A stretch of 64,000 nt of DNA from Balanoglossus misakiensis. Lineage: Eukaryota; Animalia; Hemichordata. The DNA lies in assembly GCA_040954595.2 (NCBI GenBank), contig CM082591.2, positions 8,596,380 to 8,660,379 on the forward strand, read 5' to 3'. The notes below the pieces were generated by a model. That model worked only from the letters and a program-made list of their open reading frames with translations, did not search any database and had not been told where the DNA came from. A program made the position numbers and the translations under genes. Numbering within the stretch: the first letter of the stretch is position 1; each line of letters starts with the position of its first letter. Below, piece by piece: positions 30,101 to 45,100 of the stretch.

Positions 30101-33100
30101 AGCTGGTTTAATGAACGTGAATCGAAATTGATCATCTTGTGTATCCTATTTTGTAAACAGAAACAACAGACCGCTTTGCATCATGCTGTCAATGGATCCA
30201 AATCTAAAGTTATCAATGCTCTGTTGAGTTGGGATAGCACTGACAAAGATGCTACAGAAAAGGTATAATAAGGCCTTTTGGTTTTGGTTTTACCATCTGT
30301 CTACTTGATATTAGTAGTTCTTAACACAACAGATGCATGTATGTATTTATGTCTGACGTATGTGAGTAGGTATTACTATTCACCTGACAAACTGAACAAT
30401 ATTTATGAGCCTGGCTTTTATAATAAAAACTATTACCGTAAATAAACATATCATATCTAAAGTATGCATAATAGCTGTAATGTGAAAATGGTTACAAGTA
30501 AAGAACCATATGTTAAAAATTATATTGTTATTCTGATTGATTTGCGTGCAGGTACCATAGATATTTTTTTCTTCTGATTTAAGTCATAAAAGATATGGCA
30601 TCAAAATTGCTTTTACCTTTCCAAATTTCGCATTTTCAAAAGTAACTAGAACTGCATGTTTTCAATATGACTTTGTAACAGCACTATACCTTTCGTCTTC
30701 TTTTTATACTGGTGGTTCAGTGTCTCTATTCAGTTTATCTGGTTGGTTTACTTCACAGAATGCCAAAACACCCTTGTATGTAGCGACAGAGAATGATGAT
30801 GTCGACTGTGTTAAGGCTCTTCTGGAGAAAGATTGCCGTATCCATGCCAATGTAACACGGACTACCTATGGAACGGTAAGCAGATCAAACACTTATCATA
30901 TTATAAGAAATATTGCTGTTATTTATCAAACACAAAAGCAGAAGTCCAACCTAGCCAAATGAATTTGTAGTGTGAACCATTTTCAAAATAGACTAGCTCA
31001 TTTTACCAACTAAACAAATAGGTCCAGATTAAATTGACCAATGGATACAAAAATGGTCGGGCAAATTTATTGAACTTAATCTTGATTTACACTTTCTGAG
31101 TAGAGAACCATAAATTTATGTTACTATGTAAAATTACAGGATGCAAATTGCATACCATATTGCTCTAACCTCAGCATGAGATTTTCTGACAGGTGGACCG
31201 TCATTTATAAAAAATAAATTATATAGCTAGTCCATCCAAACACCAGGAATAATCTTTAATGGCATTAATTACACATAATTAATTGTGTAAAATAAAGCAG
31301 ATATCTGTGTGAAATTGATTAAACAAATTTTAGGTTAGTTTCCATCTTATGATGTGCCTCAGCTGCCTTTGTTGAATATTAATTTCAGTTTTCTTGAGGA
31401 TATGATGGGACGGTGTTGGAGATTCAAAATCCAAAACGACCAATACTGATACAAGTGTTTTGTTGAATATTAATTTCAGTTTTCTTGAGGATATGATGGG
31501 ACGGTGTTGGAGATTCAAAATCCAAAACGACCAATACTGATACAAGTGTTTTGTTGAATATTAATTTCAGTTTTCTTGAGGATATGATGGGACGGTGTTG
31601 GAGATTCAAAATCCAAAACGACCAATACTGATACAAGTGTTTTGTTTAAGCAATAAAACACCCCCAGCCATGGTATATCACGAGATTTTGACCAGTTCAC
31701 GACATATACGCACGAGCGATAGCGAGTGCGTATATGGAGTTGAACTGGTCAAAATCGAGTGGTATACCATGGCTGGGGGTGTTTTATTGCTATTATATTA
31801 TGCCAGTATATTGAAACTTTGCATAAAACATTTTAAAAAGGCATTTTCTTTAACTATGATATATGACTGTGGTATATGGCTAATATATCACGGTCACGTG
31901 TCGTGTCTCGACCAATCAAATAGTGTGATTTACACCATCAATATACTGGTATAATATAATGAATATTAATTTCAGTTTTCTTGAGGATATGATGGGACGG
32001 TGTTGGAGATTCAAAATCCAAAACGACCAATACTGATACAAGTGTTTCGTTGAATATTAATTTCAGTTTTCTTGAGGATATGATGGGACGGTGTTGGAGA
32101 TTCAAAATCCAAAACGACCAATACTGATACAAGTGTTTTGTTGAATATTAATTTCAGTTTTCTTGAGGATATGATGGGACGGTGTTGGAGATTCAAAATC
32201 CAAAACGACCAATACTGATACAAGTATTTTAAGTACTAAATGTAGCTTCCTTCTTTATTTTATTTTTATGTATTATTTAAATCAGGATTTATAAAGTAGT
32301 CATCCCATAGAACAGCTAAAAAAATGTAAACAGGAATACGGCAAGACAAACAGACACAAATAACAATTATAATAAAAACAAAATAAAAGAGCAAAGATAA
32401 AAAGTCAGTCAAAAAGCAGTAAAACAGACAATCCGCTGTACTTGCACCAAAAAGCATTATAATATATACATCGACTTTCTGTAGAGCTGTTGAAATTTTG
32501 ACAGGACAAAGACATCAGAGTTCACTAATTTGTTCAAAATGCTATTGCCACTGTTAATTCTGACATAGAATTTGTAAAGTAATTTATGCCTCAAAGAGTC
32601 AAAGGAAGGGACATTGTTAGATACACACATCTCACTAGCACTGCAATCTCATGGCAGGCACAATAGAATACGAAATGCATTGTTGTAAGCCACTCTGAGA
32701 CTGTTCATGTTTTTCGTGCTGTACTGCCACCATAAATGTGAACAGGACATATTAGTACAATAGGTGCAAAATCAACTGACCTTCACAGGATTATTACCAT
32801 TTGCAAATTTTCGAGTCAATATATTTGCCTGTGCATAGGATTTACACATCCGTCTCTTAATGTCAGCATCACCTGTCATTGTTTCTGTAAAAACATAGCC
32901 AAGATATTTATGATGTGATACAACATTCAACATTTTACCGCCCAAGAACACTGGTGGTATCTTATCTATAGTCAGATTCGATTTGCCTGGTATGAAATAC
33001 ATGCATTCTGATTTCTTGGGGTGAAATACAATATCATGTTCAAGACCATACTTTTCACATATTGAAACTAGTTTACGCAAGGCACTGATGGGCGGAGCCA

Positions 33101-36100
33101 TCAAAGCAATATCATCTGCATACATCAAATGCTTAATAATAGATCCACTGATGGTACAACCCTTTCCACATTAATTTAAACGTACACTCAAATTATCCAT
33201 ATAAACATTAAATAAGTACGGAGATAAAATGCCAGCCAGTCGGACACCATTTTTGACTGAAAATAATGATAAAAAGCATTCTCCCCACTTAATACAAAAA
33301 AGTTGTGTCCAGTACCAAACCATTATAATCCGAATTACATACCAGGGCACAGATCTATCAATAAGCTTCTTAAATAAAACCCACTGGTTTACCCGATCAA
33401 ACGCTTTGGTAGCATCCAAAAAACATGCAAAAACTGGACTGTTAAAATGACTGTAGTACGAGATTATTCCTTTCATTGCATAGATACAAAAGTCAGTTGA
33501 ATGACCACGTTTGAATCCGAACTGCATGTCTGATGTATACAGGAAATCTTTGCAACGCTCTAGAATGATCAACTCTAACATCTTTGATGTAACCGTAGCA
33601 ATAGCAATAGGCCTGTAGTTATCTTTACTAGAGACATCCCTGGTTTTGGAGTGTTGACTCTCAGTTAGAGTAATTGCATCTTTCATGTTCAGCACCTCAT
33701 GTCGAAGGGAACGCATTTCCTTCAGCATCGATGATACATCAATGTGAGAGATGTCAATCGGTGGTAACTCATTCAGGTCTTTTGCAACAAAGCATGGCAT
33801 ATTATCAGGATCTGTTTGGTGTACCAAGGCCAGGATGTCATGAATATTATTCAGCTTCTTATGTTGACCTTTTCGTTGTATGTACCGTCCATTCGCATCT
33901 GTGCATACCATATCAAATATTGTACGCTTGGCCTTTTCAATACCTTGATCATCGGAGTGTTCAGCACAAAGTTTAGCAATGACCTCGCCGGGTACGTAGC
34001 ACATCGACTTTGTTTGTAATGAAGCAGAGAATCTCGTTGATAATTACACCAGCCGATGATAACTTGTTTTCCGGGCAGTCAGCGACGTCAGGCTTACGCA
34101 AGGTAGAAGCAGGATTGGAGCCACGTTCAAATTGTTGTCTTTTACAGGGTGAGCATAGATCTAGATCACCCTGCCATAACTTTACCGCGTTAGAAGTTTG
34201 TTTACAGTCGTTGCAATTTAGCGTAATGAACAGCTATGCGTATATTACGCAGTTCTGGTACACACCTGGAGTCTGCAAATGTGACAGCGTGTTGACCTCA
34301 CCAGTCAACTTCCAGAGCGTATTTTTGTAGATTTTCCGTCTAAATATGACTTCCCCTCTCTACAAAACACCAAATACGTGTCGCCCAGGGCTTCATGCAG
34401 CGTCCACAATGACAACCACTCTTCTGGGAGAAGAATTCCAGGAAAAAATTTAGTCGATGTCGCGGACCCGTCAACACGTGCATGCGGTTTCTGAAGATGT
34501 CTCGTATTTAAATGAAAGATATGGGAAATTAAATACATTGGAGCCTCCCTATAACGAACATTATATGTAGATGTACATATCCCAATTTTAAAACCTGAAA
34601 TCAGAAAATGTATTTACCACCAAAACAATACTAAAATGCTGTTTGGCATCAGTTTAGATGTGGCAATATTGATCAAAACCGTGATTCTTTCTTCAATTGT
34701 GTAATTATCCATTTTTTCCCAACGACAATGAAATAATATGTAATGTTTCCTTTTATAAATATTAATGGTATACAGTCACCTCCAATTTACATACGCCCAT
34801 ATATGGCTGAAATGGCATATTTGAGCATTCTAAAGAACACATGGTGGCGCTCTTTTTTTGCGTGGCTAGATCTCAACTTGCCATGGTAACTACAGCTAAT
34901 GTTCCATAGTTGACCATATACTATTAAGGCATCTGTCCTTCCAGAACAATTGATTTTTACCATTAATCATATTTCTGTTTGATTAATACTATAAGGCGTA
35001 CACCAGTAATTTGACCCAGCTGAAGTGGGTTGTTGAAAATGAGAAAGACTCAATGGTGCGAACATTGCAAAGAGCTGGAGTAAACATAGATTCATATGAT
35101 GAAGTAAGTTAATCTTTATATTTACTGCTAGTACCGGTATACAGAAATTACACTGCATAGCTACTTTCAAATTAAAAAGTCTTTCAACGATTTCAAGTAT
35201 ATAATATAAGTTGAATCAATATATACTGTAAAACACTTTATTTTTGCGAGTTGAAATTTTTTGCAATATCCAGAGAGGCCACTGTTTCGTGAGTATTAAT
35301 TTTCGTGTTCTCTTATTTCATTCACTGCATCGTTATCTTCAAAAAATATTTACGCAACTTTTTATTTTCATGAAAATTTATTGCTCGTGAAAATAAAGTA
35401 TTTTACAGTAGATGTTATTTTAAGTATTTTGAATACTAATTAAAATGAGTATAAAAATATATCTTTTGTTATTCTATATCATTTAATGATTACTGGTTTA
35501 CATGGCCTATTCTGCTCATGTAAATTGCCATCCTCTTTTCTAACTTTAACATTATGAAGATAGATCTATTCCTACTGTGTTTTTGACATTAGAATTTACT
35601 TTATATTTTTAAACTTGGATTTTTGTTCGTGACATGTCAAGTATGATCACTAATGGGACATAAGAATTTCCACGTTTATGTAAGTTGATAAACAGCAATT
35701 CACATATCCATAAATAATTTATCTTCAAGGACCATTTCACACTTCTACATCACTTTGCAAGAAATGGAAATGTAGCTTGTGTAAAGATCCTGCTTGAGAA
35801 TGGTGCCACAATCGATACATATTGTAAGGTGGGCATTTTGTTTGTTTGTCTATATTTATATATAAAATATATATAAATTTATATGAAAGCTACCATCACA
35901 GTAGTGTATGGGTTTTATAAAGTACAGTGTGCATTTTGTGTGCATTTTGTGTATGTTTTTCCATGCATAAAGTGCTCAACATTATTGTTTTGCAGGATAA
36001 GTACACTCCTGTCTTTTATGCTGCCCAAAATGAACACGTTGATGTCACCAGCCTTCTGATTACATCTGGTGCAAGATATCTACATTCTGACAACAAGGTA

Positions 36101-39100
36101 CTTTACCATTTTCATTGAACATGTGAATACCATGCAAGTTGTATCAATTTGGCCTGTTATTTAATTCCTGTAAAATGATTCACACAAATTGCCAAACTTT
36201 TCTTTCTTCATTGTATCCATTTATAATGGTAGTGCGAGATGTTTATGTTCATTATGCATGCAACAAATATGATATCATTGTATATCTTACCAAAATATAG
36301 AAATTGCCCTTCACACTTCATTGAGAATTAAATTATATGACAAGCTTATAAGATTCATTTATCAACTGTACCATGTTTATCATGGTTTATTTTTTTAAAC
36401 AGACAACAGCTCTTCATTGGGCAGTATCCAAAACCATGAAAACTGTGACGAAGACTTTGCTAAGAGTTGATGGAATTGGCATAAATGATGAAGTCACTGG
36501 CTTAGCAAAGGTAAGCATGTAACTACACACACCACTCCCAGTACTAGATATGGTAACTTGTTTTTACAGTTCAAACTTTTATGCTGACAATTTTCACAAT
36601 TAAGAAAATACAATTGAAAGAATTCAAAAATATGATAAAATTTCAGTCATATTGACTGTATTGCTCATTTTACATTTAGCTGATGCTCACCTGAAGGTGA
36701 GATTAGTGTGAGTTATTCTTCCAGATGTGTCTCACACTAAAACAGTAAAAGCCATAACATTGTATAACATACACCACCCTGAATGATACAGATATATAGT
36801 TAACAAAAAAACTTACAATGGTTTTAATTTTGTGTTTAAATTCCCAGGAATATCCTAAAAAAACGACAGTACTCCATCTTGTTGCAAGAGAAAACAATAT
36901 TGTTGCTGTTAATCTGTGTCTACAGATGAATGCTGATTGCCACATGCTTGATGCAGTAAGTGACTTTATCATATGCCTATATTCACGTGCCCATGTAAAG
37001 TCTATGGGGAAAAGCGCCCTCACATCCATGCAGTTTTTTTGCTTATCACGCCCCGGCCCGGTGACCATATTTGGAAGACGCGTTCAATATCCGGATCTAG
37101 TTTTGTGTTTATTGCGCGAGATTCGAAAGTTGCCGTTGCTATGTTCTGAATTAATTTTTTCTGGTGCGGTGTCAGTGACTAGTGCACTTGCAGTGTGTGT
37201 ATGTCCTATGCCGCTACCGAATCCCATCATCTCCCGTAATCGCTGCATGTTGTAGAGCTTTATTTGGAAATATGAATAGTAAAATTGATGATTTGATCTG
37301 ATTAATGTGTGACTGTCGGCGTCGATCGTCGCGAAGAAAAACTAATGTTTTGCTCGCGCTCGGCTCTGTGAGTTCGAGCGCGTCTGTATCTCACGTGCAA
37401 TAGAATGTAAACAAATGACATCGTGCATATCAATCCGCAAGAACTGGAGGAATGCGCCTCTATGCTACGGGATAGATCATTTCAAAACGATAGATAAACA
37501 CGTAATATTTACATTCCAAAATATTACAGAATGTGTATTTTATTAGTTTCTTGTAGATTATCGTTCAATAAGGCATATGATAAAACCTTTACGGCCCTGA
37601 TACGGGTTTTGCGGCCATCGGTCGTACGACGATTCCCGCCCTCCCTGCGGTCGGGCGCTTCCGCCGTACGACCTCGGGCCGCAAAACCCGTATCAGGGCC
37701 GTAAAGATTATCGAATAGATTAGTACGAGGACTGATTTGGGGATTGCTGGCGCAATAGGGAGGAGGGTCACAACTTTCATCAAAACAATTATATTAAGAG
37801 ATCTTTCTTCTGTTAAACAAAATAGTACTGATATTATTAATAATTTTTGCCAGCATTTTTGCCTTGTGATAACATCTGGTATTGTCTTTGCATATTATGG
37901 CCTTTGACCCATATTCTTACACTGGTATGCAAGCATATGTTACAGTACATGCTTGTCATTTGTAAATTCTTCAGGACCCCTGGTGACATGAGCAGCTCAG
38001 CATTGACCGATGTGCGAGGTCAAAGGCGTGTGTGATATGCAAATTACTTCAGGGCGTTGTCTGAAAGTTGTTTAGCGGCTAATTTATCCTCTATTGTTCA
38101 ATAAGAATGTCCAGAAAAGGTGTATAATAATAAGTTTTTACACAAAATACCAGGATTTATTTATTGTATGTTGTGAATAACCTTATGATATTTACAATGG
38201 CAATATGAAACCAAAAATGTAGCTTACATTAGTCGAGTCTTGCCCAATTTGCTTAAATATGCATTGGTGAAAAATATAGCGCTTCTGTTGTCTCATTTAT
38301 AGAAAACACTTCTAAGAAGAAAAGATAATTGTGTGAAAAACATTTTCTTCCCATTTTGAAGCTTATGTACAGGTGTAACATTTAAATAAACTTTGTAAAA
38401 ATGATCCCTTGGTGAGTTTGTTGACTTGAACCTTGAAGGTTGTGTTTTAAGGATGTACATGTGAACTGTACGTGCAAATGTGTATGCATTTGTGTCTTAA
38501 TTCCATAGGACTATATTGAGATTAGCTGGAAAATTCACTTCTACTATTGATTTTCATGAAATTTTAAAAATTGTTTAGTCAAATAAATATAAATTAGTCA
38601 GTAGAATAAAAATGTTTTATCCAATAAACAAGCCCTTTGAGTGTTTGATGAATATATTTCCTGCTTTTTCAAACTAAGGACGGAAAGAGTGCATTCTACT
38701 ATGCTGTCCATCACGAACAAACGGAAAATGTGAAGAGACTTAAGAAGGCTGGTGCTGGTTTTGAAAGTTCACTGCAGGTGTGTACAGAGGAACACTGGTC
38801 TGCTCTTTGGGCATTTATTTTGCATGTCATGTTAGCAGTTTAAGCTATTTTCATCGACAAGTAATTTTTTTAAGCCTTGTGAATTGAAGAGGATATACCC
38901 TAACATTTCAATGTGGGCACTTTCACATGTCACTATTCAACCGTGCTTACCTCTTTGCTTTGCAATTTTTTCTTTGAATTAGCCTGAGATATTGGAAGAG
39001 ATGACAGTCTACTGTGCTGCAGCAATGTATACAAAAACGCAATATCTGAAAGTGCTATGCGATGCTGGTTATAGTGTGGATGCCACAAACACTGTAAGTT

Positions 39101-42100
39101 GCATTGGTATATAATACATAATGTCAAATAATTTAGTGACATTGTAAAAAAAATAGCAGAAACGTAGAATTGCCTTCTGCTTGTAGAAGGATGTGAAATT
39201 TGATTGCAATAAAAGGAAAAGGACTTTAAAAGTACAAATTATGATATAGCTTTTTTATTTCCACATTTTCTTTAAGGATGGAGAAACTGCCCTACATTTA
39301 GCATCAAAAGAAAATGAGAATGAAGCAATATCTCTTCTTCTTGATCATGGAGCATTTATTAACACTAAAGACCAAGTAAGTGGAAAATGTATTATAGTGC
39401 AAATAATAGCTCGACACTTCAGTCTGATCGCAGCCAGCCTAATTAAGCCGGAGAGATCAAAGAGATATATTTGAATGTGAACGTCACTGAGTGGCAGTTA
39501 CGGCCGGTTCGAAAAATTTTCAAACGGAGATTTTCGGTACTACAAGTGATCGTAGTGCATCCATTTTTCTAAGACGTGTATGAAACACCACAGTCAATGA
39601 TAGGATGATTTTTCGTGAAGTTTTAACGACGCGTTCCCGAGAAAGACAGTTTTGGTATGTTGGTTGAAATTGTGGTCCCTGACTCACGGAAAAGATTTCT
39701 TGTCTTGAAAAAAATGGGTAGGTTAGGAAGATATTGAACTAAGTTACCGTGAAATTATAATGTTGTGAACCGCTCCGTTGTGGAGTAATGACGGTGTAAA
39801 AATTGCCTTCGCCTTTGACGAGTACAGCCGTGTATACCATATGTATTAACACTGAACTCGGTCAAGGCATGTTGACCTATGACGTAATGGCTTCCTTTTC
39901 AATGCGAAGTTAACTCTCATTAGCATATTACATACGGAGTCAATTCACTATCCCCACGCTGACTGACTACTACATTGTACTATGGCACCGTAAATTGTGG
40001 TCCTTGACCCATGGCATGGATATATTAATGTCAAAATTATGAATAGAGGAGTTTAATAATGTTTCTAAAACCTGAGGGGGTTAATTTTTGTGTGGGTATG
40101 GCAGATATTTTTTTTTTGATTTGTTAACTTCACGGTCACTTTGAATTTCGTGATCACAATTTTGTCAGTGGAATTAAAGAAATTCTTCTTGATAAAACTT
40201 CATGAAAAATCACATGTAGTACACTCATAGTAATGTGCCTGGGGTGAAATAATTGTCAGAAATGGGTTGCAAGTTGCTAAACTTTCGTTCTGAAAAAAGT
40301 TGAAAAACTGTATGCAAATGAGGAATTCAAACGTTACTGGCCAGTTCAAGTGTTTGCATTGCATAATCCCCTGCTGTGTAATTACCCCAGTTGCGACCTG
40401 CCTGACTTGTCATGTCTATAAATCATGCATATTTGGTTTGCTAAATAAATGCAGTAGCATCATCATTACTGATATGTACTTATTGTCCTGAATATTTTGC
40501 CATACATATACACATTGCATGATTGTAAAATTTTGGTTTTAAATCAAGCTCATTGTAGAAAATTTTAAACTTCCTGTTGCTTAACTGCAAAACTGTTAAA
40601 CACATTATGCTTTGTATTTACAAAGTACCAAGGGCAACTGTAATTATGAAATTTGAGGTGTAGGATATAATTTGCATAGTGGTGCTCAGCAGGGCTAGAT
40701 GTGCATGATGTGCACTCTCACCAGTTAAATACATGTAAATGCAAGTAGAGATTAATTGCGCAGGTGTTCTGTTTACGCATTTGCTAAATAATTAGGGATG
40801 TAGGCGCAGAACATAAACCGGAAAACTGTGCGCCCTCGTCTTTTTCCCATAGGATTACATTGTTAATTGCTAGAAAATAAACTTCTACTTTTGTCATTTT
40901 TACGAAATTTTACACTGCCACCTGTAGGTTATCAATTCTAGCTCAAACATTAAATTATTCACAGGATGGACGAACAGCAGTGCACCATGCTGTACTTTGG
41001 GCTAACTTTGAAGCCACCGAAACTCTAATGAAAAGAGGGGCGAGATCAGATATACACGATGTGGTATGTATCACCAATAATTTTACAGTTGTTGATGTCA
41101 CTCTGCATGCTCAGAATGCCACATGTCATTTACTATAGATAGCGACTGTACATAAATACTTTTCGGTAACATCATTGAATCGTTGCCAGTGACATTTTGG
41201 GATGTTTTACTAAAATAAGTATTCTCATTAGCATAAAGATGATACAATATACACTGTCAACTTGAAAACTACTGAACCAAATGTCATTCCAAATTGGCAA
41301 TTATCACATCTCAATAGATCTGGTAAGATTTACCATGCAAAAGGCATTCATAATTTGTCTGAAAAGTTGTGAAATTGACCTACATTTTCATATACCAGTA
41401 AGGTATGGGGTACATATCTTAGCTACTGAAATAAACCCCTAGAATATTCCATACAACCTGGGCCTGGCTGCTTTACTCTATAATGTGTATTGAATGTGTC
41501 TGCATTCAGAAAATTAAACTTACAGGATAGATACAGTCTACATATTCCAGATGAATTATGAAGTAGGCTGGTTAATCAAACGACAGCTTCTGTGTCAGTT
41601 ACACGTCTTATTACAGAAATATGTCAATATTTATTGCAGGAAATCCAAACTCCACTATACATGGCATTGAATAGATACCAAGAGAAAGGACAAAAAGAAA
41701 TCGTCAAGATTCTTTTAGAAGCCGAAAGTCCTATTCATCCAGACACAGTAAGTATTAAGATAAATACATTTACATGTTATCACATAGTTTGAGATACGTC
41801 CTGAATATGGAAGAAGTAATATTGAACACCTATTGCCTGGCCATGAGGGCCATAGCGGCCGTTTATTGCACCCGAGGCGCTGTGAGTTACCATAATCATA
41901 TGCTATTTCCCGAGGCCGCAGGCCGAGGGAAATAGCATATGATTATGGTAACTCACAGTCACGAGGGGGTAAAAGCGGCTGCTATGGCCCGAATATAGGC
42001 CAGGCTATAGGTGTTTTATAATAAACCTCATGCTAACAGCTGGGAAAATCTTGCAATTTTCTCTTGAGGTTGGCAGACGACACCTTCCGCGGTGGCCATT

Positions 42101-45100
42101 GTGTCAGACGACACAACGCTGATTGACGTGACCGAGTCTGCGCACTCACGCTGGTCACGTGACCGGTTTATATTTTTTCTGCTATTGCCCTAGCGGTTCA
42201 TAGTCAATTCTATTTTCCTATCACGTGACGGATTCTGGCGAATCACGGCACAGTATTAGCATGAGGTATATTATAATAAAAGATATGAATGTCTTGATTT
42301 TGATAATCTTCTCGGTAATGAGTTCAGCTTTAATAAGCCATTGTCCCTGTATCAAGAAAATGACTTGGGTAAAAAATATTCATAAATATGAATGATCATT
42401 TTGCATGTTATTATATATAATCCCATGATATTTTTCTTTGTTTGACGTCATCGTATACGAGTGGTTTTCGCGGAGCTGTGCAACTTCGAGCCGTAGGCGA
42501 GAAGTTGTACGACTCTGCGAAAACCACGAGAAACAAAGAAAATTATCATGGGATTATATATTTATCACATGAACAGTCTTCTTATTTTCGTTAGAAGAGG
42601 TAGGATAAAAATATTCCAATATCTTGCTAAAATATTCGAGCGGCCTTGCAGTTTATTTAGCGGGATTACGTTCTTTCCCCTGCGCAATGATCTGTGGCCC
42701 CCAGGAGATATGCTAATTATGGAATCACTTTCATTCATAAAGTGCAATTGACTTTCAAGTTCATACACTTTTGCGTCTTGTCTACCAATCAGATTCGCGG
42801 AGTCAGTCACATGGGCCAGAATTTTGATACATTCTGCCTGTCAATCATCGTCTCGCGCTGTGTACATGTCAACACAACGTCGTAGCAAGTCATCGCGTCG
42901 AGTTATGCTGCAAGTCGCAGTTTGACAGAAAAAATGACGTGCTTCAAGTAAAACTTTATGAAAAAATAACACAGTTCAATTGCCATATATCCTAAAATCG
43001 TTATTGTGACAGGATATTATTAGTCCAGGAACGATGTTCAAGGTTGCGTTTGCGTCGGCCTGGCTAGTCAGCGCCGGTGTGTTTCCGCAGAAACTGCAAC
43101 CCTCTTACAGAATCTCATCCTCGAACCCCAGACAAATGTTTTCAATTCTCAAACAAATGAACTGCAACGTTTTTCCACGTCTTATACATTTCGTTGACCG
43201 GTGGACAGAATACAGAGTGTTAGTCGTCCCGCTCAGGTGGCTCGAAATCATTCTCGTAACTTCCGTAAGCCTAAAATCAAGTGTGCTGGCTCGCTCGGGA
43301 CCAGACTTGCTAGCTACAAGCACACATTCACGATCATAGCGTCGACATTTTTACCTTTCTCGTATTGCTTTTACCAAGCGATATTCTTTCGCAACCGTCA
43401 TGGAACCGTCATTTTTATTTCAATCGTGTACAACTACGGGTTTATGCACTTGTTATTCCGTTTTACAAGGAAGTTATAGCGACGGGTGAATCAGCGAAAA
43501 TAGTTCCGGTTGATGAAGTAGAACAGGGGAAAATTCGAATTTTTTGTTCGACCTGTTCTACGTCACACTGGTGACTATACGGGCCAGTTCATGTGATAAA
43601 CAACTATATGAGATGTTTAAGCTCTAAATTTTCTGTTCATAATATTGTGGAACAATGAACTGTAATGTGTTAGTTTTTCTTTACAGAAAAATGCATCAAA
43701 TGTGTCACAAGCATACTGGGCAGCTAGAAATGATAAAGCGACTATGGTGAAAGCCCTTTCAGACTCTGGAGTTGACATGAATAAACAAGTACAGGTTGGT
43801 TTAGAAGTTTGGTCATAACGATGCATAAAGTACATTCTCAAATTAGAGAACAAATTCTAAGTACAATTGACATTTGTTATATACTTTTGTTACTTGAAGG
43901 ATGGAAAAACTCCTCTACATCTAGCTTGTGAGGTGGGTGATGAAAGTGCAGTCGAAATCCTGCTAAGCTATGGTGCTAGTGAAAATGTGTATTGTAAGGT
44001 ATGTTACTCTAATCCCACTTAAGTAATGAAATACATAGTGGCTTTATCTTTAGTAGAATGGAAGCCAAGCTATGTTTGTTATTTACTTACATTTAACTTA
44101 AATTAAAATTTGCAACTTAAACTTTTGATATCACAATGATATCGCAATCATATTCACTCTCATAATTATGTTAATGTGCTCTCTTCAACCTTAGCTTAAT
44201 ATTATTGATCAGTTGTCTTAATGTATTTTAGTACATTTGTTTATTTTGATTTTTCCCGTAGAATGGACATTCTCCTTTGTTTTATGCAGCAAGGAATAAA
44301 TATGTCACCATTGCTCGGCGCTTATTGGGCAATACAGATAGGTTACACAAAGATAGCATGGTATGTATGATAAACTCTTCAGTATACTTATCTTATATGT
44401 GACTGTTGAACCAATTCTAAACTTACTGTAAATAATACCCATCCCTATTTGAAAAAAAATTATATTAGTGAAGGAATAATAATTAAAGGTCTACAAATGT
44501 GACATCAGTTGTATAGTTGTAACCCTATAATTTGCCACCAACCTTTTCAAATGTATTGGATATTAGTTGTTACAGATCTGAGAGTAGAATGTTACTATTG
44601 ACAAAACCTGGTAATTTTAATATTGGACATTTGAGTATATTTTACCAACCTATTGTTATAAGGACACCACACAAACTATAGAAATATTTGAGAACCTTCA
44701 AATCTACAAGCTGATTACTTTCATTAATCCCCAAACACTTACACAAACTTCTTATTTAGGTGATAGTTGTAGAAAAATATTAAAGGTACATGAGCTGCAA
44801 CTGGATAAAAAAATGCTGTTTTGAATAATCTTATATATGCTTTTAATTGTCTATTAAATGATATTTCATGATAATATATCAAGCTCAACACTTATATATG
44901 ACAAAATGGCCAAAAATTAGAGAATTACAAAATCCTGCAATTTTTAAAAAGTGCAATGAGAAAATATAATGATATAATGTCTCAGCGGTGTACATTTACT
45001 TCCATGAGCTCAAGTGGATGAGATCATGTTTTGTTTATGAAGTTTCATAACCGGAAACATTGTTTCTTGCATTTTCCCACGGTGGCGGCCATATTCGCCA

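Larger units (their letters stand above)
25030..45098 (+). repeat. 20-exon tandem segmental duplication, copy 1
   Basis: Collinear and near-identical to 45106-63036 apart from TE insertions and small indels. Confidence 0.95.

Noticed and set aside
31368-32226. Regular ~91-bp repeats as a CRISPR array (also 51454-52359)
   Set aside because: Units are contiguous with no unique spacers, no cas genes are present, and the context is a eukaryotic intron.
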